A stretch of 64,000 nucleotides of DNA from an uncultured Gemmataceae bacterium (GTDB taxonomy: Bacteria; Planctomycetota; Planctomycetia; Gemmatales; Gemmataceae), in the NCBI GenBank assembly GCA_963750165.1, contig CAVVPN010000009.1, positions 1 through 64,000 of the forward strand, given 5' to 3'. Positions within the stretch are counted from its first letter, which is position 1, and every line of letters begins with the position of its first letter. A program made the position numbers and the translations under genes. The notes beneath the pieces were generated by a model. It did not search any database. It saw nothing but the letters and a program-made list of their open reading frames with translations, and was not told where the DNA came from. Below are positions 1 to 47,966 of this stretch, in pieces.

Positions 1-38638
<38,638 letters not shown>

Positions 38639-38781
38639 GGTGGGACCTCTTTTTTGAATTCTGCCTGAAACGGGGAGACGAAACCGTTGGCCGTATTCTG
38701 GTCATGCGCTTGCCGGGCGCGGCCGACGCTTAAAGACCAATAGCGGTCTTTATGGCGACTTAACCAGACGAAAGAACACAG

Positions 38782-38901
38782 GGAGCGTCCAGGCTGCATT
38801 GCACGCTCCAAAAAGCGCAGGGAAGCACCCTGGGCGTTCGTTCACTGAACGCGCGTTTTTCCGAGCAACCCGAGGGTGTGCAACACTGCCGGGACACCAC
38901 C
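38782..38901 (-). promoter_or_regulatory. Conserved ~120-bp upstream element, copy 1 (5' region of the giant gene)
   Basis: Aligns with 59587..59705 (+). Invariant core ctcgggttgctcggaaaaacg. Confidence 0.75.
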
Positions 38902-39151
38902 GAGAATATGATCCCGGGTGGAATGGTCATCAAGGGTCGAGTTTAGAGAACCTCCGTGTCTTCCTCGGCCGGCGCTGGTGCCGTCTGACGCGGCACCTTG
39001 GGAGAGGAAACCAATCTGGGCCGAGCGATCTTGCCTGCTGGAGCGTCCGGGCCGTTCGGTACACCCGGAATGGGCGCAGTGCTGCCTCGGGACCACCCTA
39101 ATCGGCTCTTCGAAATAGAGGGATGGCTCGTCGGGAATTTTTAGTGGTGTT

Positions 39152-39180
39152 ATTGTTGTAAGGCCGTGGGGGCATGTCAA
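39152..39180 (-). promoter_or_regulatory. Putative sigma70-type promoter for the giant gene (TTGACA-N17-AACAAT)
   Basis: Perfect -35 at 39180-39175, 17-nt spacer, 4/6 match -10, A/T-rich sequence upstream. Confidence 0.5.
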
Positions 39181-39293
39181 GGAAATTTTAGTCGATGGGA
39201 AAACTTTCTTTTCTGTCGGTTTTGTTGTGATTTATTGATGCCGACACGGAAAAACCGTGGGGTTTTCACTACCAGAAGCCGTTGCGGACGCAA

Positions 39294-39353
39294 GTAGGAC
39301 GGCTCTCCCGAGCCGTCTTCTTCGGCGGCGACGGCTCGGGAGAGCCGTCCTAC
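39294..39353. repeat. GTAG-type REP doublet (REPIN-like) inverted repeat; possible terminator of the glycosyltransferase gene
   Basis: Perfect 24-bp arms GTAGGACGGCTCTCCCGAGCCGTC / GACGGCTCGGGAGAGCCGTCCTAC with a 12-nt spacer, 9 nt downstream of the stop codon. Confidence 0.85.
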
Positions 39354-39362
39354 AGGATGATC

Positions 39363-40594
39363 TTACCTGCCGGGGTAATAGGGTGTTCGGTGCGCGTGCA
39401 AGGCATCCTCGTACAGGGCCAGCATGCGCGGCAGGCTGACTTCGAGGCTGTAGTGCTCCCGAATCATCTTCACCCCCGCCTGGCCCAGGTGCTTGTAATC
39501 CCGTGGGGCGTCCAGCACCTTGCCGGCCAGGTTCGCCAGGCCTTCGACATCGAAAAACTCCGCCAGCAGTCCATTCTCGCCGTCCCGGATCATCTCCCGC
39601 ACCGGCGCCGTGTTCGACGCCAGCACCGTCGTGCCGCACGACAGGGCATTCATGACCGACCAGGACAGCACGAAGGGGACGGTCAGGTAAACGTGCAGAT
39701 CGCTGAGGGCAAACAGCTGGGCCAACGCCGGCGCGGGCAACAGCCCGGTAAAGAGAAAACGGGACAGATCGTACTGGTCCCGGGACAGCACCCATTGCTT
39801 GAAGCTCTTCTGGCCCGTCACCTCCTCGTCCCCCCCATAGCAAACCCGGTCCTCGCCAACGACCACGAACAGGACGTCCTGGCGCCGCTGGCAAAGCAGC
39901 CTGGCGAGCTTCATGAAAATGTCGAAGCCACGCATGCTCTCCAGGCCGCGCGAGACGTAGGTGACCACGCGGACGTCGTCCGGAATGGCCCGGTCCGTGA
40001 CGCGGCGCGGGACGCCGGCCAGGGGGTGCCACAGCGTCGTGTCGATGCCGTCGAAGATCGTCCTGATCTTCGGCCGAAAGGTCGCCGGAAAGAGGCTCTG
40101 CTGCCAGCGTGTCGGGCTGTAGCCGGCATCGCAATTCTCCAGGTCCAGCAACAAGTGGGCGTTGCGCGCGCGGCGCGCAGCCGGTGGAGCGCCGGGCTGG
40201 GAAAGTCCGGTCGAAAATCCATGTCCGCGCCGATCGTGTGATAGTAGAACTCGAAGTAATTCACGACCGGGCAGTCCCACAATTCGCGCAGGAACACCGT
40301 CGATAGAAAGCCGGCATGAGCGACGATCAGATCGGGCTTGATCTCGGGCCGTTGCGCCAGCGCCTCGTAGACCGCGTGCGAGTGCCAGATGGCGTTTTCG
40401 AAGCTGCGGCTGCAATAATGGGTTCTCTCGGTAGCCCCGCCGCGCGTGCGGTACTGCACGCACTCGATGCCGCCGACGTTCCCGGCCGGCTTCTCCGACA
40501 CGAACGTGCAGCGGAACCGCTTGTGCTTGACCAGGTAATTGGCGATGTGTCCGAACTGGGCCGGAAAGTTCTGATGGATGAAGAGCACGTGCAT
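39363..40594 (-). CDS. Glycosyltransferase family 4 (frameshift ~40170)
   Basis: MHVLFIHQNFPAQF N-terminus, then RGLESMRGF and YLTVPFVLSWS..ALSCG...SNTAPVREMI. The two ORFs join by adding one C. Confidence 0.9.
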
Positions 40595-40719
40595 GACCGC
40601 ATCTCCGGGACCCGGCCGGCACAGCCGCCGTCCAGGTTTTGCCAGCGCCAGTGGACACTTTAGCATGACGAGTGAGCCAAATCAGCCCCTGCTCGGCGTA
40701 AAATGAAGATAAGGGGCAG

Positions 40720-41010
40720 TTGAGTGAGGAGGGCAAAGCCATGCTCGGACCCGGCGAATCTGTCCCCGACGTCACCGAGGGCCTTACCTCCGTCGCCGAC
40801 CTTCCCAAGCCGCGCATCGAACCAAGCACGAACGACATCGTCGCCTTTCAGCTGAGCAACTCTTTTGTCGGGCTGGACCATTTGACCTACTCCCGGGTCG
40901 GGGGCAGCGGCCCGGCCGTCCCGGAGCCGTCCTCCCTCATGCTGGGCGCCATGGCCCTCGCGGGTCTTCAGGCCTACCGTTGGGTGCGCTGCAAACCCCG
41001 GAAGACCTGA
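40720..41010 (+). pseudogene. PEP-CTERM protein C-terminal fragment without signal peptide
   Basis: VPEPSS, hydrophobic stretch and basic tail (RWVRCKPRKT). No N-terminal signal. Confidence 0.55.
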
Positions 41011-41281
41011 CGGGAGCGCTGGACGCCCCCGGCCACGCTGCCAGCCTGCTCCGCAGTTGGGGTTCGCCACGCCCGGGCTCCCTCTGCGCCGATTCCTTGC
41101 TCCTGAAACCTCAAGTCGTGAACGCCGGCGGACGGTGCGCCGTCCCCTTTCGCCCGCCTCTTCGTACCGGATGGGCTTCTTTCTACTGAGATGTCGCTGC
41201 CGCAACCGAACCATACTTCCACCATGCGTCCAACGTCGGCCGCACGCCATGCTGACTCCTGGTTGACCAGGCTCCGGGAGC

Positions 41282-41287
41282 TATAAT
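41282..41287 (+). promoter_or_regulatory. -10 box TATAAT 8 nt before the ECF start codon (probable leaderless transcript)
   Basis: ctataatcagccttcATG with no SD sequence. Confidence 0.55.
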
Positions 41288-41295
41288 CAGCCTTC

Positions 41296-41853
41296 ATGAG
41301 CGAGGTCACTCAGATCCTGCACGCCATCGCCGAAGGCGACCCGCACGCCGCCGGGCAACTCTTGCCCCTCGTGTACGATGAACTGCGCCATCTGGCCGCC
41401 GTAAAGCTGGCCCAGGAGAAACCGGGACAGACGCTCGAAGCCACCGCCCTGGTCCACGAAGCGTATCTGCGGTTGGTCGGGGACGGGAAAGAACAGTACT
41501 GGGACAACCGCGGCCACTTCTTCGCCGCCGCCGCCGAGGCCATGCGCCGCATCCTCGTCGATCAGGCCCGCCGCAAGCAGGCCGACAAGCGCGGCGGCCA
41601 GGGTCAGCGCGTGTCCCTGGACGCCGCCGATGTCGGCCTCACATCGCCGGCCGACATCATCCTCGACATTGATGAAGCCCTGACCAGACTGGCCGCTGAG
41701 GACCCCCCGGCCGCCCGGCTGATCCAGCTCCGCTACTTCGCCGGGTTGTCGATCGAGGACGCCGCCGAGGTGGTCGGCCTCGCGCGCTCGACCGCCTACG
41801 AGCACTGGTCCTACGCCCGGGTCCGCCTCAAAACCCTGCTGGACGGAGAGTGA
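41296..41853 (+). CDS. ECF RNA polymerase sigma factor, planctomycete TIGR02999-type
   Basis: MSEVTQIL...LLPLVYDELRHLA...TLEATALVHEAYLRL...FFAAAAEAMRRILVD...LRYFAGLS. Confidence 0.95.
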   Translation: MSEVTQILHAIAEGDPHAAGQLLPLVYDELRHLAAVKLAQEKPGQTLEATALVHEAYLRLVGDGKEQYWDNRGHFFAAAAEAMRRILVDQARRKQADKRGGQGQRVSLDAADVGLTSPADIILDIDEALTRLAAEDPPAARLIQLRYFAGLSIEDAAEVVGLARSTAYEHWSYARVRLKTLLDGE

Positions 41854-41947
41854 GCGGCAGGCGGGTCGAAACTTTTTTGCATTTCCTCCGGACGAATCCA
41901 ACCTGGAATCCGCATTGTAGGTGGCGAACCGAAAGGGACGTGATGCC

Positions 41948-44900
41948 ATGCCTGCAGACCTGCAAAAAGCCCGCGAGTTATTCCTTCACGCCGTGGGCAA
42001 GTTGCCTCCGGAGCAGTGGGACGGCTACGTCCGCGAAGCCTGCGGCGGGGATACCGAGCTGGAGCGGCAGGTGGGATACCTTCTCCAGGTTCACCGCGAA
42101 GTCGGCAGTTTCCTGGAACGGCCCGCCGCAGCCGTGGGGGCCACGGGGGCCTTCCTCCCCGTGCCTGGGGAAGAGGTCGCGGCGGTCCCCCTCAGCGAAC
42201 GCCCCGGTACGGTGATCGGCCCGTACAAGCTGCTGGAGCAGATCGGCGAAGGCGGCTTCGGTGTCGTCTTCCTGGCCCAGCAGACGCAGCCGGTGCGCCG
42301 CCAGGTGGCGCTGAAGGTCCTCAAGCCAGGCATGGACACCCGGCAGGTGGTCGCCCGCTTCGAGGCCGAGCGGCAGGCCCTGGCGCTGATGAATCATCCC
42401 AACATCGCCAGGGTGCTTGATGGCGGGCAGACCCGCAGCGGCCGGCCGTACTTTGTCATGGACCTGGTCAAGGGGCTGCCCATTACGGAGTACTGCGACC
42501 AGGCCAAGCTCACGCCCCGCGAGAGGCTGGAACTGTTCGTGCCTCTCTGCCAGGCGGTGCAGCACGCGCATCAGAAGGGTATTATCCACCGCGACCTCAA
42601 GCCGTCGAATGTGCTGGTCGCGGTGCATGACACCTACCCCGTGGTGAAGGTGATCGACTTTGGAGTGGCCAAGGCACTGGGGCAGGAACTGACGGACAAG
42701 ACGCTGTTCACCGGCTTCGCCCAGATGATCGGCACGCCGCTGTACATGTCGCCCGAACAGGCGGGGCAGAGCAGCCTGGACGTGGACACGCGGAGCGACA
42801 CTTACTCGCTGGGCGTGCTGCTGTACGAGTTGTTGACCGGCACGACGCCGTTCGACAAGGAGCGGTTACGGACGGTGGGCTATGACGAAATCCGGCGGGT
42901 GATCCGCGAGGAGGAACCGCTCCGGCCGAGCACGCGCATCAGCACGCTGGGGCAGGCCAAGGCCACCGTGTCGGCCAACCGCAAGAGTGATCCGAAGCGA
43001 CTCGGCCAACTCATGCGTGGCGAGCTGGACTGGATCGTGATGAAGGCGCTGGAAAAGGACCGCAACCGGCGTTACGAGACGGCGAACGGCTTCGCGATGG
43101 ACGTGCAGCGGTATCTGGCGGGGGAGCCGGTGCTGGCGGCGCCGGCGAGCCATTGGTATCGGCTGCGGAAGTTCGTGCGGCGGAATCGCGGATCGGTGAT
43201 CGCCGCCAGTCTGGTGCTCCTGGTGCTGGTCTTCGGGGTGATCGGCACGACGGTGGGGATGTTCGAGGCCAATCGGGCCGCAGCAGCAGAGCGTCAAGCC
43301 ACGAACCATGCCCTGGAGCAGAAACATTTGGCCGAACAGGCCGTCGAGCAGGAACGGCAGGCCAAGGCCCGCGAGGCCCAGCGGGCCGACGGTGAACAGA
43401 AGGAGAAGGTGAAGGCGGAGCGGAACCTGGCCTTCGCCAGGAAGGCCAACGAGATCCTCGGCGCGGTGTTCGCCGCGCTGGACCCAACGCAGATCGCGGA
43501 ATCGGGTCGGCCCCTGCAGGACGTGCTACGGGAGAACCTGAGCAGGGCCGTGAAGGAGCTGGAAGGCTCGGCCATCGGCGACCCGCTGGAGGTGGCCGCG
43601 ATGCAGAACAACCTCGGCCTGTCGTTGCTGGGTTTGGGCGAATACGCGCTGGCGATCGAGGTGTTCGGCAAAGCCTTGCAGACGCGGCAGGCGCAGCTCG
43701 GCGCCGACCACCCCGACACTCTCACCAGCAAGCACAACCTGGCCGCGGGCTACCAGGCCGCCTGGCAGCTCGACAAGGCCCTGCCGCTGTACCGGGAGAC
43801 GCTCCAGCTGATGAAGCCGAAGCTCGGCCCTGACCACCCCACCACGCTCACCACCATGAACAACCTGGCCATGACGTACGAGGAGGCCGGGCAGCTCGAC
43901 AAGGCCCTGCCGCTCCTTGAAAAGACGTTCGAGCTCACGAAGGCGAAACTCGGCCTCGACCATCCCAACACACTCGGCTGCATGAACAACCTGGCCATGG
44001 GCTACCAGGCCGCCTGGCAGCTCGACAAGGCCCTGCCGCTGTTCCGGGAGACGCTCCAACTCCGGCAGGACAAGCTCGGCGCCGACCACCCCGACACCCT
44101 CATCAGCATGAACAACCTGGCCGCGGGCTACCAGGCCGCCTGGCAGCTCGACAAGGCCCTGCCGCTGTTCCGGGAGACGCTCCAGCTGATGAAGGTGAAG
44201 CTCGGCCCCGACCACCCCAGGACGCTCGCCACCATGAACACCCTGGCCGGGTGCTACAAGGTCGCCGGGCAGCTCAACCTGGCCCTGCCGCTGTTCGAGG
44301 AGACACTCAAGCTCCGGCAGGCGAAGTTCGGCCCCGACCACCCCAGGACGCTCGCCACCATGAACGAACTGGCCGGGGGCTACATGGACGCCAGGCAACT
44401 CGATAAGGCTTTGCCGCTGTACCAGGAGACGCTCCAGCTCCGGAAGGTGAAGCGCGGCCCCGACCACCCCAACACCCTTGGTAGCATGAACGACCTGGCA
44501 TTGTGCTACCAGGTCGCCAGGCAGTTCGACAAGGCCCTGCCACTGTACCAGGAGACGCTCGAGCTGATGAAGGAGAAGCTCGGCCCTGACCACCCCATCA
44601 CGCTCGCCACCATGAACAACCTGGGCATGGCGTACCAGGAGGACGGGCAGCTCGACAAGGCCCTGCCGCTCCTTAAAGAGACGCTCGAACTCACGGAGGC
44701 GAAGCGCGGCCCCGACCACCCTAACACACTCGGCTGCATGAACAACCTGGGGGTGACGTACTGGCGGCTGAAACGCCTGGATCAGTCGATCCCACTCTTC
44801 GAAAGGACTCTCCCACTCCAGGAGAAGCTGCTGGGCAGGCAGCGCCCCCAAACGCAGCTGACCGTGGCCAACCTGGGGGTGAACTACCTGGACGCAGGCC

Positions 44901-45538
44901 GCCTCCGGGAAGCCCTGCCGCTGCTCGAAGAAGCCTACCGGGCCTCCAGGAAGTACCCCAACTTGAGCTGGGTCGCCAGGTCATTGCAGAACGCCTACGC
45001 GAGAACAGGTGAGATCGCCAGGCTCGCGGACCTGCTCCTGGAACAGTTGCACGCGGCTCGGAAAACGCTGCCCCGTGACAGCCCAGAACTGGCCCGCAGG
45101 CTCACGGACTTGCTCCTGGAACAGTTGCCCGAAACCCGGAAGACACTGCCCCGTGACGGCCCCGAACTGGCCAAACGGCTCGCCCAGATCGGCTGGGGAC
45201 TGCTGGAGCAGAAACGATGGGCCGAGGCCGAGCCACTGCTCCGCGAGTCCCTGACCATCCGCGCGAAGACACAGCCCGACGCCTGGAACACCTTCAGCAC
45301 GCAAGCGATGTTCGGCGGGGCGCTTCTGGGCCAGAAGAAGTACGCCGACGCCGAACCACATCTGCGGAAAGGCTACGCGGGGATGAAGCAACGCGAAAAG
45401 CTGATCCCGTCGGTTGCAAAAAAAATTCTGCCCGAAGCCATCGACCGGTTGATCGAGCTGTACACGGTGACGAACAGGCCGGACGAGGTGAAGCAGTGGC
45501 GGGCCGAGCGGGCGAAGTACCCGTCCGCGAAGAAATGA
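41948..45538 (+). CDS. Ser/Thr protein kinase with TM helix and 42-aa TPR repeats
   Basis: IGEGGFG, VALK, HRDLKPSN, DFG and GTPLYMSPEQ motifs. TM segment. About 10 GPDHPxTLxxMNNLA repeats at 126-bp period. Confidence 0.95.
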   Translation: MPADLQKARELFLHAVGKLPPEQWDGYVREACGGDTELERQVGYLLQVHREVGSFLERPAAAVGATGAFLPVPGEEVAAVPLSERPGTVIGPYKLLEQIGEGGFGVVFLAQQTQPVRRQVALKVLKPGMDTRQVVARFEAERQALALMNHPNIARVLDGGQTRSGRPYFVMDLVKGLPITEYCDQAKLTPRERLELFVPLCQAVQHAHQKGIIHRDLKPSNVLVAVHDTYPVVKVIDFGVAKALGQELTDKTLFTGFAQMIGTPLYMSPEQAGQSSLDVDTRSDTYSLGVLLYELLTGTTPFDKERLRTVGYDEIRRVIREEEPLRPSTRISTLGQAKATVSANRKSDPKRLGQLMRGELDWIVMKALEKDRNRRYETANGFAMDVQRYLAGEPVLAAPASHWYRLRKFVRRNRGSVIAASLVLLVLVFGVIGTTVGMFEANRAAAAERQATNHALEQKHLAEQAVEQERQAKAREAQRADGEQKEKVKAERNLAFARKANEILGAVFAALDPTQIAESGRPLQDVLRENLSRAVKELEGSAIGDPLEVAAMQNNLGLSLLGLGEYALAIEVFGKALQTRQAQLGADHPDTLTSKHNLAAGYQAAWQLDKALPLYRETLQLMKPKLGPDHPTTLTTMNNLAMTYEEAGQLDKALPLLEKTFELTKAKLGLDHPNTLGCMNNLAMGYQAAWQLDKALPLFRETLQLRQDKLGADHPDTLISMNNLAAGYQAAWQLDKALPLFRETLQLMKVKLGPDHPRTLATMNTLAGCYKVAGQLNLALPLFEETLKLRQAKFGPDHPRTLATMNELAGGYMDARQLDKALPLYQETLQLRKVKRGPDHPNTLGSMNDLALCYQVARQFDKALPLYQETLELMKEKLGPDHPITLATMNNLGMAYQEDGQLDKALPLLKETLELTEAKRGPDHPNTLGCMNNLGVTYWRLKRLDQSIPLFERTLPLQEKLLGRQRPQTQLTVANLGVNYLDAGRLREALPLLEEAYRASRKYPNLSWVARSLQNAYARTGEIARLADLLLEQLHAARKTLPRDSPELARRLTDLLLEQLPETRKTLPRDGPELAKRLAQIGWGLLEQKRWAEAEPLLRESLTIRAKTQPDAWNTFSTQAMFGGALLGQKKYADAEPHLRKGYAGMKQREKLIPSVAKKILPEAIDRLIELYTVTNRPDEVKQWRAERAKYPSAKK

Positions 45539-45600
45539 GCCGCGCTGAGTTGAGAAAATAAAGCAGCCGTGAAAAGCCGCCTTTGTGCGGCAAATCGGAA

Positions 45601-45720
45601 GGCCGGTGAGGTTCTTACCGCCAAGCAAGCCCTCACCGGCCCGGCACCGCCCCGGCGCTCGGTCTGCGCCGGCAGCGATGACGTTTTCATTGTATCGCAG
45701 ACCAGCTCTCGAAAGGAGAC
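45601..45720 (+). promoter_or_regulatory. Two-hairpin structured leader upstream of the TIGR03118-type gene
   Basis: GGCCGGTGAGG(45601-11)/CCTCACCGGCC(45631-41) and GGTCTGCG(45661-68)/CGCAGACC(45696-703), followed by the AAAGGAG SD. Confidence 0.55.
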
Positions 45721-45725
45721 GTATC

Positions 45726-47143
45726 ATGTTATTCTCTTCCTGGCTGCGAAACTGGAAGGGCGCCGCGCCGCAGCGCGCCGGCGCACGCAAACAACCGTGC
45801 GTCAACGGGTCAGCAGCCGCCCGCGGCTGGAAGCGCTCGAAGATCGCCTGGTGCCAGCGACGGCCATCGTGCCGACCAGTCTGGTATCCGACAACACCTC
45901 GTTCACTCCGGCCCAGGTTCAGGATCCGAACCTGGTCAACCCCTGGGGGCTGGCCGCCAGTCCCACCGGCGCGTGGTGGGTGGCCAACGAGGGCACGGGC
46001 ACCAGTACCGTGTACAACACCTCGACTTCGCCAGCCAGGGTCGAGTCGTTGGTTGTCAACATTCCGCCCAACCCCGCGGACAGTCCGCTGCCGGCGCACG
46101 GTTCGCCGACTGGTATCGTCTACAACACCAGCGGCAGGGGGTTCAACGTCTCCGAAAACGGCCACACCGGCTCCAGCGAGTTCCTGTTCGCCACCGTCGA
46201 TGGCACCATCTCCGGTTGGAGTCCCGGGGTGGACGGCACCCATGCCATCATCGGGGCGACCAACACCGGCGCGGTCTACCTCGGCCTGGCCATCGCCTCG
46301 GATGGCCACGGCCACGCGCTGCTGTATGCGTCCGATTTCGCCAGGGGCACCATCGACGTGTACGATCAGAACTTCCATCTGGTAACGACCCTGTCCGGCA
46401 ACTTCACCGACTCTCAATTGCCGAGCAATTACCATCCGTTCAACATCCAGGCCATCGATAACAATCTCTACGTCGAATACGCCCCGGCCGACGCGGTCCT
46501 CGGCGGGACGGCAGCTCCGGGCTACGGCGCTGTCGATGTCTACAACGCCGACGGCCAGTTACAGCAGCGGCTGATCCAGCCCAACAACCCCCACCTCAAT
46601 GAGCCGTGGGCAATCGCGAAAGCCCCCGCGAACTTTGGCAGCTTCAGCAACGATCTGCTGGTCGGCAATTTCGGCGATGGCCACATCAACGCCTACAATC
46701 CGCACAGCGGCGCTTTCGTCGGCGAGCTGAATGACGCCAACGGCCAGCCGATCGCCCTCACGCACCTGTGGGGGCTGGCGTTCGGCAATGGCGGCGCCGC
46801 CGGCCCCAGGAACACGCTGTACTTCACAGCCGGCCTGACCTCGCACCTGGCCCCCAGCAACAACCCGTTCCACGGCCTGTTTGGCTCGCTGCAAGTGGCG
46901 CGGGGCCACGAGGGAGACCACCACCACGGTCCGCCAAACTATACATGGATCCTGTCCTCCCCGACAATGCCGTCCAACGATCTGCTTGAGCAACAGCTGG
47001 CCGCGATCTTCCAGGAGTTTGATGCGATCTTGGGGTCGCTGGACGCGAACCTCACCGCGACGAATACGCAACTGTCTGGCTTCCTCGCGCAGCTCAATGC
47101 GAACCTGGCCGCGCTGGAATCCGCCAGTCCCAGCTGGATGTAA
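45726..47143 (+). CDS. TIGR03118-family secreted protein with planctomycete export signal (frameshift ~45770)
   Basis: SD, then MLFSSWLRNWK.../RPRLEALEDRLVPA. DPNLVNPWGLA, PFNIQ, LLVGNFGDGHINAY, LWGLAFGNG and LYFTAG motifs. Confidence 0.9.
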
Positions 47144-47966
47144 ACGCGCCGTCTGGCGATGATGGGACGGCCGCCACTGGGCTTGCTCCTACACAGGAAG
47201 GGCACGCAAAAGCTCACCGTCACCGACAGCCTCAGCGTCGGCTGAGGTCAGTACCGGGGGCGCTCACTGGAGACGGCAGCGGGTGGTTTTCTACGCCCGT
47301 TGCCGTCTACAATTGCCACCGCCTGAAACGGGTCACGGGTGGGTTGAACGGTTGCGGCGGCTCTTTAAGTCCTTCGCTGGGTCGAACCGATCCGCGGACG
47401 CCGAGCAGCTCGGGGTGACTGGTTCCTTTCCCCACCGGGCGCGCATTTGCAAGAAAACCAGGCGCGCCGCGCCCGGCCGGGTCGGCTGGCGATGGGAGGA
47501 GGCGGTGGAGCGCGCGCGGGGAGTGGCACGACGGGACAAGGGCTGACGCCGTCTGGCAGAGCAAGGGGGCCAAGGGAGCCAAGAATGCCAACTTTTTTAC
47601 ACGTCGAGATTCGGCACCCCTATCGGCCCCGCGCCACCCCGGGAGGCGGCTGCGGTCCCGCCGAAAGCTGCAAGCAAATCGCCGGGAGCCGGTGGTTCAC
47701 GGGCCCAGGAAGGGCGGCGACGCGCAGTCGCGCCGTCCTGGAGTTGTCGCCAGCGCGCTGGTGGTTTCCCCGCCCGATTCGAGATTCCGTCCGCGTACGG
47801 GCCGGCCGTCTTCCATCTCCAACGTCCAACGGACACTCGCCTGATTCGCCAGCCGTTCGCCCGCGTCCATCTCCAAAAGCTTGTTGGCCCGGTTCACGCC
47901 CTCCCACCAGGCGCCGGTGGTTCCAGTGGTGGGGTCGATTTCAACGCGCAGGGTGCCGCCAAGGAT

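Noticed and set aside
38836..38851. GTTC/GAAC palindrome as a LexA box
   Set aside because: The spacing is N3, not the N4 or N7 of the LexA boxes I know, and the downstream genes are not SOS genes.
38799..39180. Small ORFs in the giant-gene upstream region
   Set aside because: There is no SD or coding bias. Their similarity to translations at 59453-59972 comes from the shared non-coding element, which has a 1-nt indel between copies.
47160..47250. Possible c-di-GMP riboswitch (GCAAA motif)
   Set aside because: It lacks the paired GNRA/receptor architecture and lies downstream of a gene. It reads better as a short coding remnant (GLLLHRKGTQKLTVTDS).
47697..47966. Open frame continuing in phase after the permease TGA (readthrough or selenocysteine)
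   Set aside because: The permease already ends in a typical C-terminus (RIPEAIALE) and no SECIS-like hairpin was recognised. More likely chance or a gene remnant.
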